A stretch of DNA of 64,000 bases from an uncultured Acidobacteriota bacterium. GTDB lineage: Bacteria > Acidobacteriota > Terriglobia > UBA7540. The translations under genes and the position numbers were made by a program. The notes below the pieces were generated by a model. The model ran no database searches. It was not told the DNA's origin and saw nothing but the letters and a program-made list of their open reading frames with translations. Shown here in pieces: positions 19,028 through 29,373 of the stretch (the first letter of the stretch is position 1; the number at the start of each line of letters is the position of its first letter). The DNA lies in assembly GCA_963804995.1 (NCBI GenBank), contig CAWDSK010000006.1:544001-608000 (forward strand), read 5' to 3'.

Positions 19028-19160
19028 AACCTCCACCCCTGGGGTTTGACAGTGATAATCCGTCCCCTAACTCAGCCGGCAAGGCCTAGCGTATATTGGT
19101 ACGATTCACGGGGGCCATCCTCAAGCCATCTGCGCCTCCCGCCGTCGGTTTAAGCAGGGT

Positions 19161-20474
19161 TCATGCCAAGTCTCTATCCTCATGTGCCGCCGGAAAGGTC
19201 AGCTTAAAGCAAACACGGCCCGGCTCATTTGCCGAAAGAATTAAGTCGCCCCCGTGAGCGCGGGCAATGTTGCGCGCAATGGCGAGGCCCAGACCGGTTC
19301 CCTGCGCCTTGGTGGTAAAGAACGGTTCGAAGATCCGCGCCACGGAGGCAGGGGGAATGCGCGGGCCGGCGTTTTCAACTTCAATCCGGACTGAGCCGTC
19401 GCCGTCTACCCCCGCCCGCAGATCCACCCTGCCCTCTGGAGACGATGCTTCGACGGCATTCATCACCAAATCTACCAACGCCTGCTGCACGTAGCTGGCG
19501 TCGATGTCCGCCACTAAGCCACCGGAAGAGTGGGCATGGATGGACACTCCCCTCTCGTTACCGCGTGGACGGCAGGCATCCGCAACGTAGCCGAGAGTAT
19601 CATCAAGTGAAGACGGAGCCTTTTGCGGGCGGCGCGGACGCGCGTATGCCAGGAAATCGGTGGTCAGCCTTTCCAGGCGGCGTGACTCCTTGGCCGCAAT
19701 CTCGAACATCTCCTCGCGCTCGGAAGTCTCCAACCCACTCCCGCGTGCTGTCGCGAGAGCGCTGACAATAGACGAGACCGGATTCCGGATCTCGTGGGCG
19801 ATGCCGCTCGCAAGCCGCCCCACCGCTGCAAGCCTTTCTTCCTGGACCAGTTGCTCCTTCGCCCTCTCGAGGTCCATAAGGCTTGCGGAGAGTCGCGCCT
19901 CTTTTTGGTGCAGATGATTCACCAGCAACCATACCAGTACGCCCACCACGGCATAGATCAACGATATGGTTCCGGCCTCAACGTATTCGTTCACTGGCGT
20001 CCGAAGTTGGTGCTGCGCATAATGCCAGACCCAGGAGAAATTGATGCCGTCCACAACCGCTATGACGGCCAGCGTTGGCAGCAGGGTTAGGCGAAAGGCT
20101 GCTACCAGGATAGGCACAACCATAATCACGAAGTATTGGGTATCCTCGCGATTCGTGACTCCTCCCAGCACGACCGCGAGGAGAATATTGAAGCAAATCG
20201 AAGCCCAGCTCAGTACCATCATTCCCTTGACGCCCAGGGGCGTGCTCCGGGCCACCAGCCAGAATAATTCCGCCCCTTGGGCAAAGAAAGCCCCTCCCAG
20301 GATGGCGATCAAGGATACGGAGGGAAAACCCCAGTGAGAGGCGAACAAAGTGTGAACGAGGACCAGAGTAGCAAGGATGAAAAGGTTGAGGATGATGAAG
20401 GTCGTTTCCTGACGTTTGAAGGAGTCAAAATCAGTGGCTAGGAATACCGATTTGGGTTGAGGTTTTCGGAACAC
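19161..20474 (-). CDS. Membrane sensor histidine kinase
   Basis: About 6 TM segments; AHEIRNP H-box, NAVEA, FEPFFTTK, GTGLGL. Confidence 0.93.
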   Translation of the reverse strand: MFRKPQPKSVFLATDFDSFKRQETTFIILNLFILATLVLVHTLFASHWGFPSVSLIAILGGAFFAQGAELFWLVARSTPLGVKGMMVLSWASICFNILLAVVLGGVTNREDTQYFVIMVVPILVAAFRLTLLPTLAVIAVVDGINFSWVWHYAQHQLRTPVNEYVEAGTISLIYAVVGVLVWLLVNHLHQKEARLSASLMDLERAKEQLVQEERLAAVGRLASGIAHEIRNPVSSIVSALATARGSGLETSEREEMFEIAAKESRRLERLTTDFLAYARPRRPQKAPSSLDDTLGYVADACRPRGNERGVSIHAHSSGGLVADIDASYVQQALVDLVMNAVEASSPEGRVDLRAGVDGDGSVRIEVENAGPRIPPASVARIFEPFFTTKAQGTGLGLAIARNIARAHGGDLILSANEPGRVCFKLTFPAAHEDRDLA

Positions 20475-20559
20475 GTTGACCTACCTTAGCACGGGTTTTT
20501 GAACTCGTATAGTGTTCCGCAGGCCACAGCCGCAGGCAGAAAGTATTTGGCAGGTTTGT

Positions 20560-20803
20560 GCAGAGCGAGCCCAGCTCTGCGATTTAGTGCGGATCAAGCA
20601 AGCCGGTCCCTGATCAAGACCGACGAATCGTTCAGATAATAGAATCGCAAGCTTGTGTGTAGATCGTCTGGCTGGCGCAGAGCGAGCCCAGCTCTGCGTT
20701 ATAGTGCGAATCATACGGCGCATCGTTCAGATAATAGAATCAGAGGCTGGACGTGGCCAGGCTCGAATTAGCGTCTCTAGGTCGAGAACATCGGCGGGCA
20801 GGA
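20560..20803 (+). repeat. Tandem ~100-bp units (GCAGAGC hairpin plus ATCGTTCAGATAATAGAATC core), right boundary copy
   Basis: Two hairpins GCAGAGCGAGCCCAGCTCTGC and two cores; tail homologous to 11526-11607. Confidence 0.85.
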
Positions 20804-21535
20804 TCAGTAATGACCGGGAGGCCAAGGCTCGCGGCATCCTTTATGAAGACCATTTCCAACTTGACCATCTACAACATGTTTGCAGGGCGGGATTACAGGA
20901 GACGTTGTGTCTGGTGAGGTGAGCGCGACCGCCGCTTTGAACTCCCGAGTTTCCCCTTGCGGCTGGATAACTCTTTGGGAAGTTATTTTCGCTGCGCTTG
21001 CAGATACGCCTTGCAGGGCTGCCTCGACACGGGCAGTCTGGCCCGCGTCCAGAATCATCGGAGCGCCCATGCCAAGGATCTCCGCTGTCCCGTGGTTCAC
21101 CACAACCGTGGAGGCATTCCCATCAGCCTCCAACTCGCACTCCGCTCCCGTTAATTCATCCCCCTTCACCAGCACCTTTCCGCCGGGAAGAGCAACTTGC
21201 ACCTGATCACCCATCTTCTCGTCGACAACCACGGATCCCCGGCGCAACTCAAATTTCGTCGCCGAGCCGCTGGCGGGCAATGCCACTTGCGTATCGCCGA
21301 GGAGGATGATCGATTCGTTCGAGCGGAAACGGAGCCAGGCATTGGATCTCTCGGCGGTAGTGATCACGTCGCCAGGTAGGACTGTGGTCCCGCTGGAGAC
21401 AAGGACGTCCCCTACGGTCACTTGACCGCTGGTCCGCAAGACCCCGACCCACTGGGTATTCGGACCCGCTTCCAGCAGTGCACTCGTGACCGCCACTAGA
21501 AAAATCACCGCGAGCGGCAATCGTAGCCTTTTCAT
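20804..21535 (-). CDS. Exported FecR-like beta-domain protein
   Basis: Signal peptide; GTTVLPGDVITT and LRRGSV pattern; TTGACA-17-TAAAAG upstream at 21698-21670. Confidence 0.65.
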   Translation of the reverse strand: MKRLRLPLAVIFLVAVTSALLEAGPNTQWVGVLRTSGQVTVGDVLVSSGTTVLPGDVITTAERSNAWLRFRSNESIILLGDTQVALPASGSATKFELRRGSVVVDEKMGDQVQVALPGGKVLVKGDELTGAECELEADGNASTVVVNHGTAEILGMGAPMILDAGQTARVEAALQGVSASAAKITSQRVIQPQGETREFKAAVALTSPDTTSPVIPPCKHVVDGQVGNGLHKGCREPWPPGHY

Positions 21536-21936
21536 GGTGAGACTCCTTTCCACCGTGCTCTTCTGCCGACGGAACTTAAGGCCATGAGCACTAACTTCTT
21601 CCCCCGCGGAGAAGCCTTCGAGACACACGCGACTTGTTCTGAGTTTTAGTTACAACGCTCCCCGTTTGTCTTTTACCATTTAAGGTATGCGGTGTCAAGG
21701 GTGTTACCCCTTCAGCAACTAGTGTAGAGTAACCCAACTCCGAGCGGGATGCGGCTTACATCTTTAAGTCTTATTAAACGGGTTGACGTTTATCATGTTA
21801 AAAACTGCAAAGCATGTCGCTGCGTGCCTGACTTGGAGGCGCAACCCGCTTGTAATTCCAGCGCGTTGCCAGGAGAATCGACACAATTTTTACTTGTGTT
21901 CAAAATTGACCATCTTTTTTCTGCGCAGGGATTACG

Positions 21937-22119
21937 ATGAGGAGCGTGAAGACGAGAGAACTCACCCAGGAACAGATACTGTCGGTTCGTTGTCCTACCT
22001 GTGACGCTGATCTTGGAAAGCGCTGTGAATTGAGTGCCGGAGGCTTACGCTATTCACCACACCGGGACAGGATACTTGCAGCATCTGAAGCTGTGAAAAG
22101 AAGACGGGCATCGAAGTAG
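21937..22119 (+). CDS. 60-aa zinc-finger-like protein
   Basis: CPTC.A..G.RC...PH.DR Cys3-His spacing. Confidence 0.55.
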   Translation: MRSVKTRELTQEQILSVRCPTCDADLGKRCELSAGGLRYSPHRDRILAASEAVKRRRASK

Positions 22120-22585
22120 CCGGCAACGTCCAATTAGGATACTGCCGGCATTTTACTTACCATACTTCCACTCCCTGATTTCAATTTGACCCACTACCGA
22201 GGGCAGGCGGGCGCATCAGGACGAGCCCAGTGGCGGATAGGGCAGTAATAAACGCGTTTGGAGCCGCATGCTCGCCATTCTGGCATTTGCCAGCCAGCGA
22301 CATTTTGTCATAGTGGGACATGTCCCACATGTTGCTCTCCGCGGGGCATAGCGAGCGAGGTCCCACTTAATTCCCCATCTTCATGCGTTTTCTTCCTATG
22401 ACTTTTCACGTGTGAATTTGCCGCACTCCGCTACGTTTAGGCCCCAAGAGGCGGGAGCTGTAAATTCGAGTCCCTCCCTCATTCGGCTGAAATCAGGGCC
22501 AGGTCCGATTGCAAATTTAGTCTGGATTTGAGTAGACGTTACCGCGGAAACCCTCATCCAATGGAAGGCCTAACTGCGGCTTTGC

Positions 22586-22614
22586 TTGACGCATCTGCAG
22601 ATTGTCCTTAGACT
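22586..22614 (+). promoter_or_regulatory. sigma-70 promoter of the S55 peptidase operon
   Basis: TTGACG-17bp-TAGACT. Confidence 0.55.
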
Positions 22615-22651
22615 AGAAAATTGTCCAGAGCTTATTGCCCTGTTCCTTAAT

Positions 22652-24505
22652 ATGATGCTAATCAGGCGATCGTGTGCCAGCCTCGCGTTGGTTCTCCTGC
22701 TTGCAACCTCACTGGGAGGCCAAGAGAGCGCACCCATCTTTCCCGTGGGTGAAATCCACCCCGGCCTCAAGGGAGTCGGGCGCACCATTTTCACCGGCGA
22801 CAAGATCGAAGAATTCCAGGTGGAATTCCTGGGCGTGCTGAAGAATGCGCTGGCTCCCAAGCGTGACATTATTCTGGCGCGGCTTTCGGGTGGCCAGATC
22901 GAGAAGACCGGCGTCATCGCGGGCATGAGCGGAAGCCCGGTTTACGTGGACGGCAAGCTGGTGGGCGCCGTGGCCTTGTCGTTTCCATTTTCAAAGGATC
23001 CGATTGCGGGCATAACACCGATCGGGGAGATGCTGGATGTCGTCCCCGAAAAAACCAGCAGCACCGCCCGCTTATCACCCAGCGAGAGCTATCGAATTGT
23101 CCGCGTCTCCGGTGAATCCGGGGAGATGGGCCGCTTGATCCCCAACGAAGATGCCGCCGCGGTTGCGCCCAGCCTTCCCCCGGCGCCAGAACCCGCTGAG
23201 GCTTCTCTTTCCAGTCTTCTGCTGCCCCTGCGCTTTGGTGGCTTTACGAACGAAGCCATCAGCCTGCTTACCCCGCAGTTTCACCGAATGGGATTCGAGC
23301 CCATGCAAGGCGGCGTGGTTTCAGGCGGCGGGGAAGAGACTCCGCCCAGCGCGACGGACCTGACGCCAGGCTCCATGATCAGCCTGCTGCTGGTGCGCGG
23401 CGACCTGAACCTGAACGTCGATTGCACCGTGACCTTCCGGCAGGGAAACAATCTCTACGCGTGTGGCCATCGTGTGCTCTCCAGCGGACCCGCCCAGTTC
23501 CCCTTCGCGCCATCGCACGTGATCACCACGGTGGCGAGTATTGCCTCCTCCTTCAAGCTGGACGCGCCCGGCAAGGTGGTGGGCACCATTCAGCAAGACC
23601 GCTTTGGCGCCATCTACGGCCAGGTCGGCGACAAGACTCCGCAGATGATTCCCGTGCACCTCCGGGTGGACTCAACCCTTAACCGCAAGGCCGATTACCA
23701 ATTCGATATGGTGCAGGAACCATTCCTCTCGCCCATCTTGCTGAATCTCAGTATTACTTCCTCCCTGATGGCCACGGAGCGCGCCATAGGGCCGTCCACT
23801 TTGGAACTGAAGGGCAAGATTCAACTGGCTGACGGTGAGTCCGTGAACCTGGAAGACGTCCTCTCCAGTGATATGGGGGCGGCGAACATGGTGGGCGGGG
23901 CCGTGGCGACCCCGCTCAATTTCCTGATGTCCAGTGGATTTCCTGACCTGAAAATCCAGGCAATCGATCTCAACATCGTCTCGCTGAACGAGAAAAGGAC
24001 CGCCACTATCGAGCAAGTGTGGAGCACGAGGTCGGAAGTGCGGCCCGGCGACCACCTGGAAGTAGCCGCCCTGCTACGGCTGCCCTGGGGTGAAACGCTG
24101 ACGCAGATGATCCCGGTGAACGTGCCGGACAACGTGACGGACAAGATGCTGTCGATCGTGGTGGGGGGTGGAGCAAGCATCAACGCGCTGGAGTTTCGCT
24201 TCACGCCGCTGGGATCCGCGCCGCGCGATTCGCATCAACTGGTGCGCGCGTTGAATCGGATGCGCCGCAATAATCGGGTCTACGCCCTGCTGATGTCACC
24301 GCAGCGTTCCTTTGTCATGCAGGGAGAGGAATATCCATCACCTCCTCCCTCCCTGATGCAGACGTTGTTGGCGGACCCTGCCGCCGCATCGAGCGTAGTG
24401 TTCAGCGGCACGTCTGTGGTGGGTGATTTTGAGACCAAACCGACTCCCTACACCATCCGCGGGCAGAAGACGCTGATCCTCAAGGTGGTCGGTCCGGGGA
24501 TGTAG
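22652..24505 (+). CDS. SpoIVB peptidase S55 domain protein
   Basis: GVIAGMSGSPVYVDGKLVGAV, ACGH; signal peptide. Confidence 0.9.
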   Translation: MMLIRRSCASLALVLLLATSLGGQESAPIFPVGEIHPGLKGVGRTIFTGDKIEEFQVEFLGVLKNALAPKRDIILARLSGGQIEKTGVIAGMSGSPVYVDGKLVGAVALSFPFSKDPIAGITPIGEMLDVVPEKTSSTARLSPSESYRIVRVSGESGEMGRLIPNEDAAAVAPSLPPAPEPAEASLSSLLLPLRFGGFTNEAISLLTPQFHRMGFEPMQGGVVSGGGEETPPSATDLTPGSMISLLLVRGDLNLNVDCTVTFRQGNNLYACGHRVLSSGPAQFPFAPSHVITTVASIASSFKLDAPGKVVGTIQQDRFGAIYGQVGDKTPQMIPVHLRVDSTLNRKADYQFDMVQEPFLSPILLNLSITSSLMATERAIGPSTLELKGKIQLADGESVNLEDVLSSDMGAANMVGGAVATPLNFLMSSGFPDLKIQAIDLNIVSLNEKRTATIEQVWSTRSEVRPGDHLEVAALLRLPWGETLTQMIPVNVPDNVTDKMLSIVVGGGASINALEFRFTPLGSAPRDSHQLVRALNRMRRNNRVYALLMSPQRSFVMQGEEYPSPPPSLMQTLLADPAAASSVVFSGTSVVGDFETKPTPYTIRGQKTLILKVVGPGM

Positions 24506-24511
24506 AAAAGC

Positions 24512-24596
24512 AGTGGCGAGTGGCTAGTGGTTAGTGGTTAGTGGTCAAGGGCCGGGGTTCAGAGACTAGCCACTAACCACTAGCCACTAACCACTA
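24512..24596. repeat. Inverted pair of heptamer tandem arrays (AGTGGYT x5 / ACTARCC x4)
   Basis: Read directly; the two arrays are complementary. Confidence 0.8.
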
Positions 24597-24622
24597 AAAA
24601 CTGGTTTCAAAAAGGGTTTGGC

Positions 24623-26896
24623 ATGAAATTCGGCAGCTACCATCGTACCCTGTTTCTGGTCTTGCTTATCGCCGTGCCCGTTTGGGGAGTGGAGACAACC
24701 TTCTGGCAGATCGGCTCCTTCGACGAGTTCCTGCAAGGGAATTTGACGGGAGTCTCCCTGAGCAAGGAAGGTGAGTTGACCCTCGCCCCCGATGCGCAGG
24801 TAGTCTTCACCCCGGAAGAGGCCCAAGCGCTCGCCCTGGCACGCGACCCGAGCGGCAACCTTTTCGTGGGCACCGGCCACCAGGGGAAAGTATTCCGCAT
24901 GGGCTCCGACCAGAAATCCCACCTCTTCTTCACCACCCATGAGCCGGATGTCTTCGCCCTGGCCGCAGGTCCTGACGGGGCACTCTACGTGGGAAGTTCG
25001 CCCGAAGGCAAAGTCTACAAAGTTACCCCCGACGGCAAGTCCAGCGTCTTTTACGACCCCAAAACGAAATACATTTGGGCGCTGGGGTTCGACTCACAGG
25101 GACGGCTTTATGTGGGCACGGGTGATAAGGGCCAGATCCTGCGCGTGGACCCTTCTGGAAAGGGTGAGGTCTTTTTTGACAGTAAGCAGACGCACATCAT
25201 GTGCCTGAAACTCGACCCGCAGGGCAACCTGCTGGCGGGCAGCGTGCCGAATGGGCTGATTTATCGCATCACACCCCAGGGAAAGGCCTCTGTACTTTAT
25301 CAGGCGAGCTTGCCGGAGATTCATGAGTTGGCGCTCAACTCCCAGGGCCACATTTTTGCAGCGACCTTGGGCGGGGCCGGAGGCAAGGGGTCGCCGGATT
25401 TCCTGCTGACTCCCCCGGGTGCTCCTGCGAGCGGAGGCGTCACGACCGTCACGGTTACTGCGTCCACGGAGCCCGAAGCCTCGATGCCCAAAGGACAGAC
25501 TCCGCCCGCCGAACCCGCCTCTCCCAGTTTTAACCGTTCGACCCCTGTTCCCCCTCCCTTCATGCCTATGGGATTCTCCCAGGGACGCGGCGCTCTGGTT
25601 GAAATCTTCCCGGATTCCACGGTAGAGACTATTTGGAGTTCAAATAACGAAAGCATTTTTGGCCTTACCGTCAGGAACAATCATGTACTCTTTTCCACCG
25701 ACTCTAACGGCCGTATCTTCGACTTGGACCCGCAGCGGGAAGGCGAAAATCTGACCCTACTGACCGAAACCCATGAGACGCTCGCGACTCGCCTCCTGAT
25801 GGGAGGTGGCAATCTTTACGCGACCACAAGCAACGCAGCTAAGCTGCTCCGGATCTCCACTTCCCCCACCCGCGAAGGCACTTTTGAAGCGCCAGTCAAG
25901 GACACGAAGTTCATCTCGCACTGGGGGGTCCTAGCCTGGCGAGGGGAAGTACCCCCAGGATGCGCCTTACAGTTTTACACGCGTTCGGGGAATTCCGAGC
26001 GCCCCGATAATACGTGGAGTGACTGGGGGGGGCCCTACAGCAATCCCAGTGACGGCGCGGTGGTAAGCCCACCCGGCCGGTATATCCAATGGAAGGCAGT
26101 TTTTAAGGCTTCCGGCAACGCCTCACCGACCCTGGACGAGGTCACCGTTTCATACCTGAACCAGAACCTGCCGCCGCAAATCCACTCGCTGAACGTCAGC
26201 ACTTCCGGGGAGCGAACTGGGGCCGCAGGGACCGGGATGCCGTCCGGCCTGCCGATGGGAATGGGGGTCTCGATCACGGCCCCCTCCAACCTGAATTTTG
26301 GCCCTGCCCCGCCGCCCACCCCAGCCGGTAAGACCCCAGTCAATCTAACCTGGCAAGCCGACGACCCTAACGGGGATCAGTTGGTTTATGCGCTGTATGT
26401 TAAGGCCACAGACGAGGAGGAATGGCACCTCCTCCGCGACAGGCTCCACCAGACTAACTATACGATCACGCCCGATGTCCTAGCCGATGGAAAGTACGTG
26501 GCTCGATTGGTGGCATCGGATGAGGAATCCAATCCCCCCGCCACAGCCCGAAAATCCGAATTGCTGAGCGCCCCGTTTTGGGTCGATAATACCCCCCCAG
26601 AGGTTCGGGTCCTTAGGCAGACGGTCAATGGCTCCGCGGCGGAAGTCCAATTTGTCGCAGAAGACAGCACTTCCCCCCTGCGGAGTGCTGAAACCTCCTT
26701 GGATGGCAAGCATTGGGAAGACGTGATTTCCGACAACGGAATCGTGGATTCTCGTAAGGAGACTTTTACCGTCAAGCTCCCCCATTTGGACCCGGGGGAG
26801 CACATCCTGCTGCTGCGGGCCTACGACACCGCGGGGAACGCAGGAGTGGGGAAGGCGGTGATCCGGCTCCCCGGGACCGGAGGCCAGGTCCGATGA
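24623..26896 (+). CDS. Secreted beta-propeller (WD40/SMP-30-like) protein with C-terminal Ig/FnIII-like domains
   Basis: Repeated AL..D..G.LYVGT..G.V/I units; WSDW, YIQWK, DTAGN. Confidence 0.85.
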   Translation: MKFGSYHRTLFLVLLIAVPVWGVETTFWQIGSFDEFLQGNLTGVSLSKEGELTLAPDAQVVFTPEEAQALALARDPSGNLFVGTGHQGKVFRMGSDQKSHLFFTTHEPDVFALAAGPDGALYVGSSPEGKVYKVTPDGKSSVFYDPKTKYIWALGFDSQGRLYVGTGDKGQILRVDPSGKGEVFFDSKQTHIMCLKLDPQGNLLAGSVPNGLIYRITPQGKASVLYQASLPEIHELALNSQGHIFAATLGGAGGKGSPDFLLTPPGAPASGGVTTVTVTASTEPEASMPKGQTPPAEPASPSFNRSTPVPPPFMPMGFSQGRGALVEIFPDSTVETIWSSNNESIFGLTVRNNHVLFSTDSNGRIFDLDPQREGENLTLLTETHETLATRLLMGGGNLYATTSNAAKLLRISTSPTREGTFEAPVKDTKFISHWGVLAWRGEVPPGCALQFYTRSGNSERPDNTWSDWGGPYSNPSDGAVVSPPGRYIQWKAVFKASGNASPTLDEVTVSYLNQNLPPQIHSLNVSTSGERTGAAGTGMPSGLPMGMGVSITAPSNLNFGPAPPPTPAGKTPVNLTWQADDPNGDQLVYALYVKATDEEEWHLLRDRLHQTNYTITPDVLADGKYVARLVASDEESNPPATARKSELLSAPFWVDNTPPEVRVLRQTVNGSAAEVQFVAEDSTSPLRSAETSLDGKHWEDVISDNGIVDSRKETFTVKLPHLDPGEHILLLRAYDTAGNAGVGKAVIRLPGTGGQVR

Positions 26897-27033
26897 CGGG
26901 CGGCAAAAATGACCGCGAGAGTAAGCTGGCGGTAACTGCTTGGCTGGCTTGTGCGTCATAGTAGGAATACAACTCTCAATAATTGCTCCGCATCTCATTA
27001 TGCGAGTTGAGGTGCGGCCGATAGTGAAACGGT

Positions 27034-27669
27034 TTGAACCCACAAAAGACACCGGCACCGAAAGCTGCGTCGGAGACTCAGCTCATTGCGCGTGCACAGC
27101 GGGGTGATGAAGAGGCGTTTGCCAGTCTTTTCGAAACCCACAAGCGCCGGGTTTACTCCCTGTGCTTGCGCATGACAGGAAATACTGCGGAAGCGGAAGA
27201 CCTGACCCAGGAAGCGTTCTTGCAGTTGTTTCGTAAGATCTCCACCTTTCGCGGAGAGTCTGCTTTCTCAACGTGGCTGCATAGGTTGTCAGTAAATGTG
27301 GTGCTGATGCACCTGCGCAAGAAAGGATTGCAGCAGGTTTCGCTCGACGAGGTGGACACTTCCCAGGACGAACCCGTCAAGCGGGATTACGGTGATGATG
27401 ACCGGCGACTGACGGGCTCAGTTGACCGCATCGGCTTGCAGCGGGCCATTGCGGATTTGCCCCCCGGATATCGGGCGGTGTTTGTGTTGCACGACGTGGA
27501 AGGTTACGAGCACAACGAAATCGCTGAAATCATGCATTGCTCCGTGGGGAATTCCAAGTCGCAGCTTCACAAGGCTCGCATGAAGCTGCGCGACCGGCTG
27601 CGTAAGGATCGATATCACGAAATTGCGGCAGAACCGCTTCCTGCCGACGAACAGGTGGAAGAGGTTTGA
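27034..27669 (+). CDS. ECF sigma-70 factor
   Basis: [33 protein letters not shown]. Confidence 0.93.
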   Translation: MNPQKTPAPKAASETQLIARAQRGDEEAFASLFETHKRRVYSLCLRMTGNTAEAEDLTQEAFLQLFRKISTFRGESAFSTWLHRLSVNVVLMHLRKKGLQQVSLDEVDTSQDEPVKRDYGDDDRRLTGSVDRIGLQRAIADLPPGYRAVFVLHDVEGYEHNEIAEIMHCSVGNSKSQLHKARMKLRDRLRKDRYHEIAAEPLPADEQVEEV

Positions 27670-27677
27670 GAGGCGTT

Positions 27678-28367
27678 ATGGAAGAGGGTCGATACGAAAA
27701 ACCCGGCGCGTGCCTCCAGTTTGAGAGTGAGCTGGAAGCTTACCTGGAGGGAGAAACCCGCCCCTTCGTAATTGCGCACATCCAGGATTGCCCGTTCTGC
27801 CGTGTCCTGCTGGGCGAGGTGGAGCAGATCCGCCAAGTGGCCCGGGAGTTGCCTCTGGAGGAGCCTTCCTCTGTCGTCTGGGCAAACCTGCATGCGAGGC
27901 TGGAGGCCGAGGGAGCCTTTCGCCCGCAAGGGGCCGGCTGGCACAACATCCTGTCCTGGCGTTTTCTTCCTCACCCCGTTCCCGCGGGAGTTCTTGCCGG
28001 CTTGATTATCCTGGCCTCAGTCCTGACCCTACCTCCCCGCGGTGTCGAGCGTTGGGACGCGCCGGCTCGGGCCACGAGTTCCCCCGCCACGATAACCGCC
28101 TCCGCGATGCCGGTGGGCGAAGATGGCGCCCTGGCGCAAGTCGTTGGCGATCTCGAAAACAATTTTCGCGCGAACGAGGCTTCCTTAAACCCAGACCTGA
28201 AGGCCACGTACGAAAAGAGCCTGGTCAGTTTGGATGACTCGATTCGCGAATGCCTGGACTCTCTGCGCGACGAGCCCAGGAATACCATGGCGCATGATTA
28301 CCTCTTGACAGCGTACACTCGAAAGGCTGAAATACTTTCTTCTGCGTTGGAGTTCGAAGGGCGTTAA
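27678..28367 (+). CDS. Zinc-finger (HxxxCxxC) anti-sigma factor with TM helix
   Basis: HIQDCPFC; directly downstream of the ECF sigma. Confidence 0.85.
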   Translation: MEEGRYEKPGACLQFESELEAYLEGETRPFVIAHIQDCPFCRVLLGEVEQIRQVARELPLEEPSSVVWANLHARLEAEGAFRPQGAGWHNILSWRFLPHPVPAGVLAGLIILASVLTLPPRGVERWDAPARATSSPATITASAMPVGEDGALAQVVGDLENNFRANEASLNPDLKATYEKSLVSLDDSIRECLDSLRDEPRNTMAHDYLLTAYTRKAEILSSALEFEGR

Positions 28368-28383
28368 CGGAAGGGATACGGGC

Positions 28384-29277
28384 TTGAAGCACCGAACATT
28401 TACCAAGTCGTTACCAGAGATCAAACCGATTCTCCGATCTCTGGCGCTAGTGCTTTTGTCGGCCACGATAGTATGGGCCGGCGGCGAGGGGCGGTTGGAG
28501 AAGTCCTTCGACACCACCCGCGAGCCACGCATCAGCTTGACCAACCTGAAAGGTCAGGTGCTGGTGCGCTCCTGGGACAAAGCCCAGGTTCACATTGTCT
28601 ACACCGTTGCCTCTCCGCGTGTGGAAGTGGATACGGAAGTCATGCCTGACACGGGCGCGGCCGAGAAAATCCACATCACCACTCACGTCCTGGACGGGGC
28701 GGTCATCGGAGATGCCCAGACGGCCGATTACATCCTGGATGTTCCCGCCGGCTCCAGCCTCGAAATCCGCAATTCCCAAGGGAAAGTCCGCGTCGTGGGA
28801 ATCCAAGCCGATGCCGCCGTTGATTCAGTGGGTGGCGACATCGTGGTGGCAGACTACACCGGCCACCTTACGGTTCGTTCCGTGGGCGGAAACATCGAGG
28901 TTACCCATCCAACCGGTCAAGTGGAAGCTTACACAATTACCGGCAACTTGCGATTTGTGTCTCCCGCCACCACCCGGCTGCATGGCAGCACGACCTCCGG
29001 GAACATTGTCTTTGAGGGCGATTTCATGGCCCGCGGCGACTACTTCCTCTCCACTTACAGCGGAAACGTGGACGTGATCTGTCCAGCTTCCGCTTCCTAC
29101 GAGGTGAGTGCCGTCACCAAGCGCGGAAAAGTCATCAATACGTTGCCCATCAAAACCCGGCGCCAGTCGGCGTCACCGCTTGACTCCAACAGCTTGCTTG
29201 GAACACACAATACCGGCAAGGCCACCGTGGAATTGAAGTCCTACAGCGGAACCATCCGCATCCGGCCACAAGAATAA
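28384..29277 (+). CDS. DUF4097 beta-strand repeat (putative adhesin) protein
   Basis: Repeated S/T-x-x-G-N/D-I units; signal peptide. Confidence 0.85.
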   Translation: MKHRTFTKSLPEIKPILRSLALVLLSATIVWAGGEGRLEKSFDTTREPRISLTNLKGQVLVRSWDKAQVHIVYTVASPRVEVDTEVMPDTGAAEKIHITTHVLDGAVIGDAQTADYILDVPAGSSLEIRNSQGKVRVVGIQADAAVDSVGGDIVVADYTGHLTVRSVGGNIEVTHPTGQVEAYTITGNLRFVSPATTRLHGSTTSGNIVFEGDFMARGDYFLSTYSGNVDVICPASASYEVSAVTKRGKVINTLPIKTRRQSASPLDSNSLLGTHNTGKATVELKSYSGTIRIRPQE

Positions 29278-29299
29278 AAGGAATAACTTTTGGATTGGG

Positions 29300-29323
29300 G
29301 TAGGTGGAGGAGCCTCCACCTAC
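29300..29323. repeat. Perfect GTAG hairpin GTAGGTGGAGG-AG-CCTCCACCTAC
   Basis: 11-bp perfect stem between convergent genes. Confidence 0.6.
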
Positions 29324-29373
29324 GACTTCACTTCCCTGGCGAGGGGCGAGGAGAGGGACCCTGCTGTGGCAAG

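Noticed and set aside
20560..20803. Repeat-spacer pattern resembling a mini CRISPR array
   Set aside because: Only two units, the intervening parts are themselves similar, and there are no cas genes.
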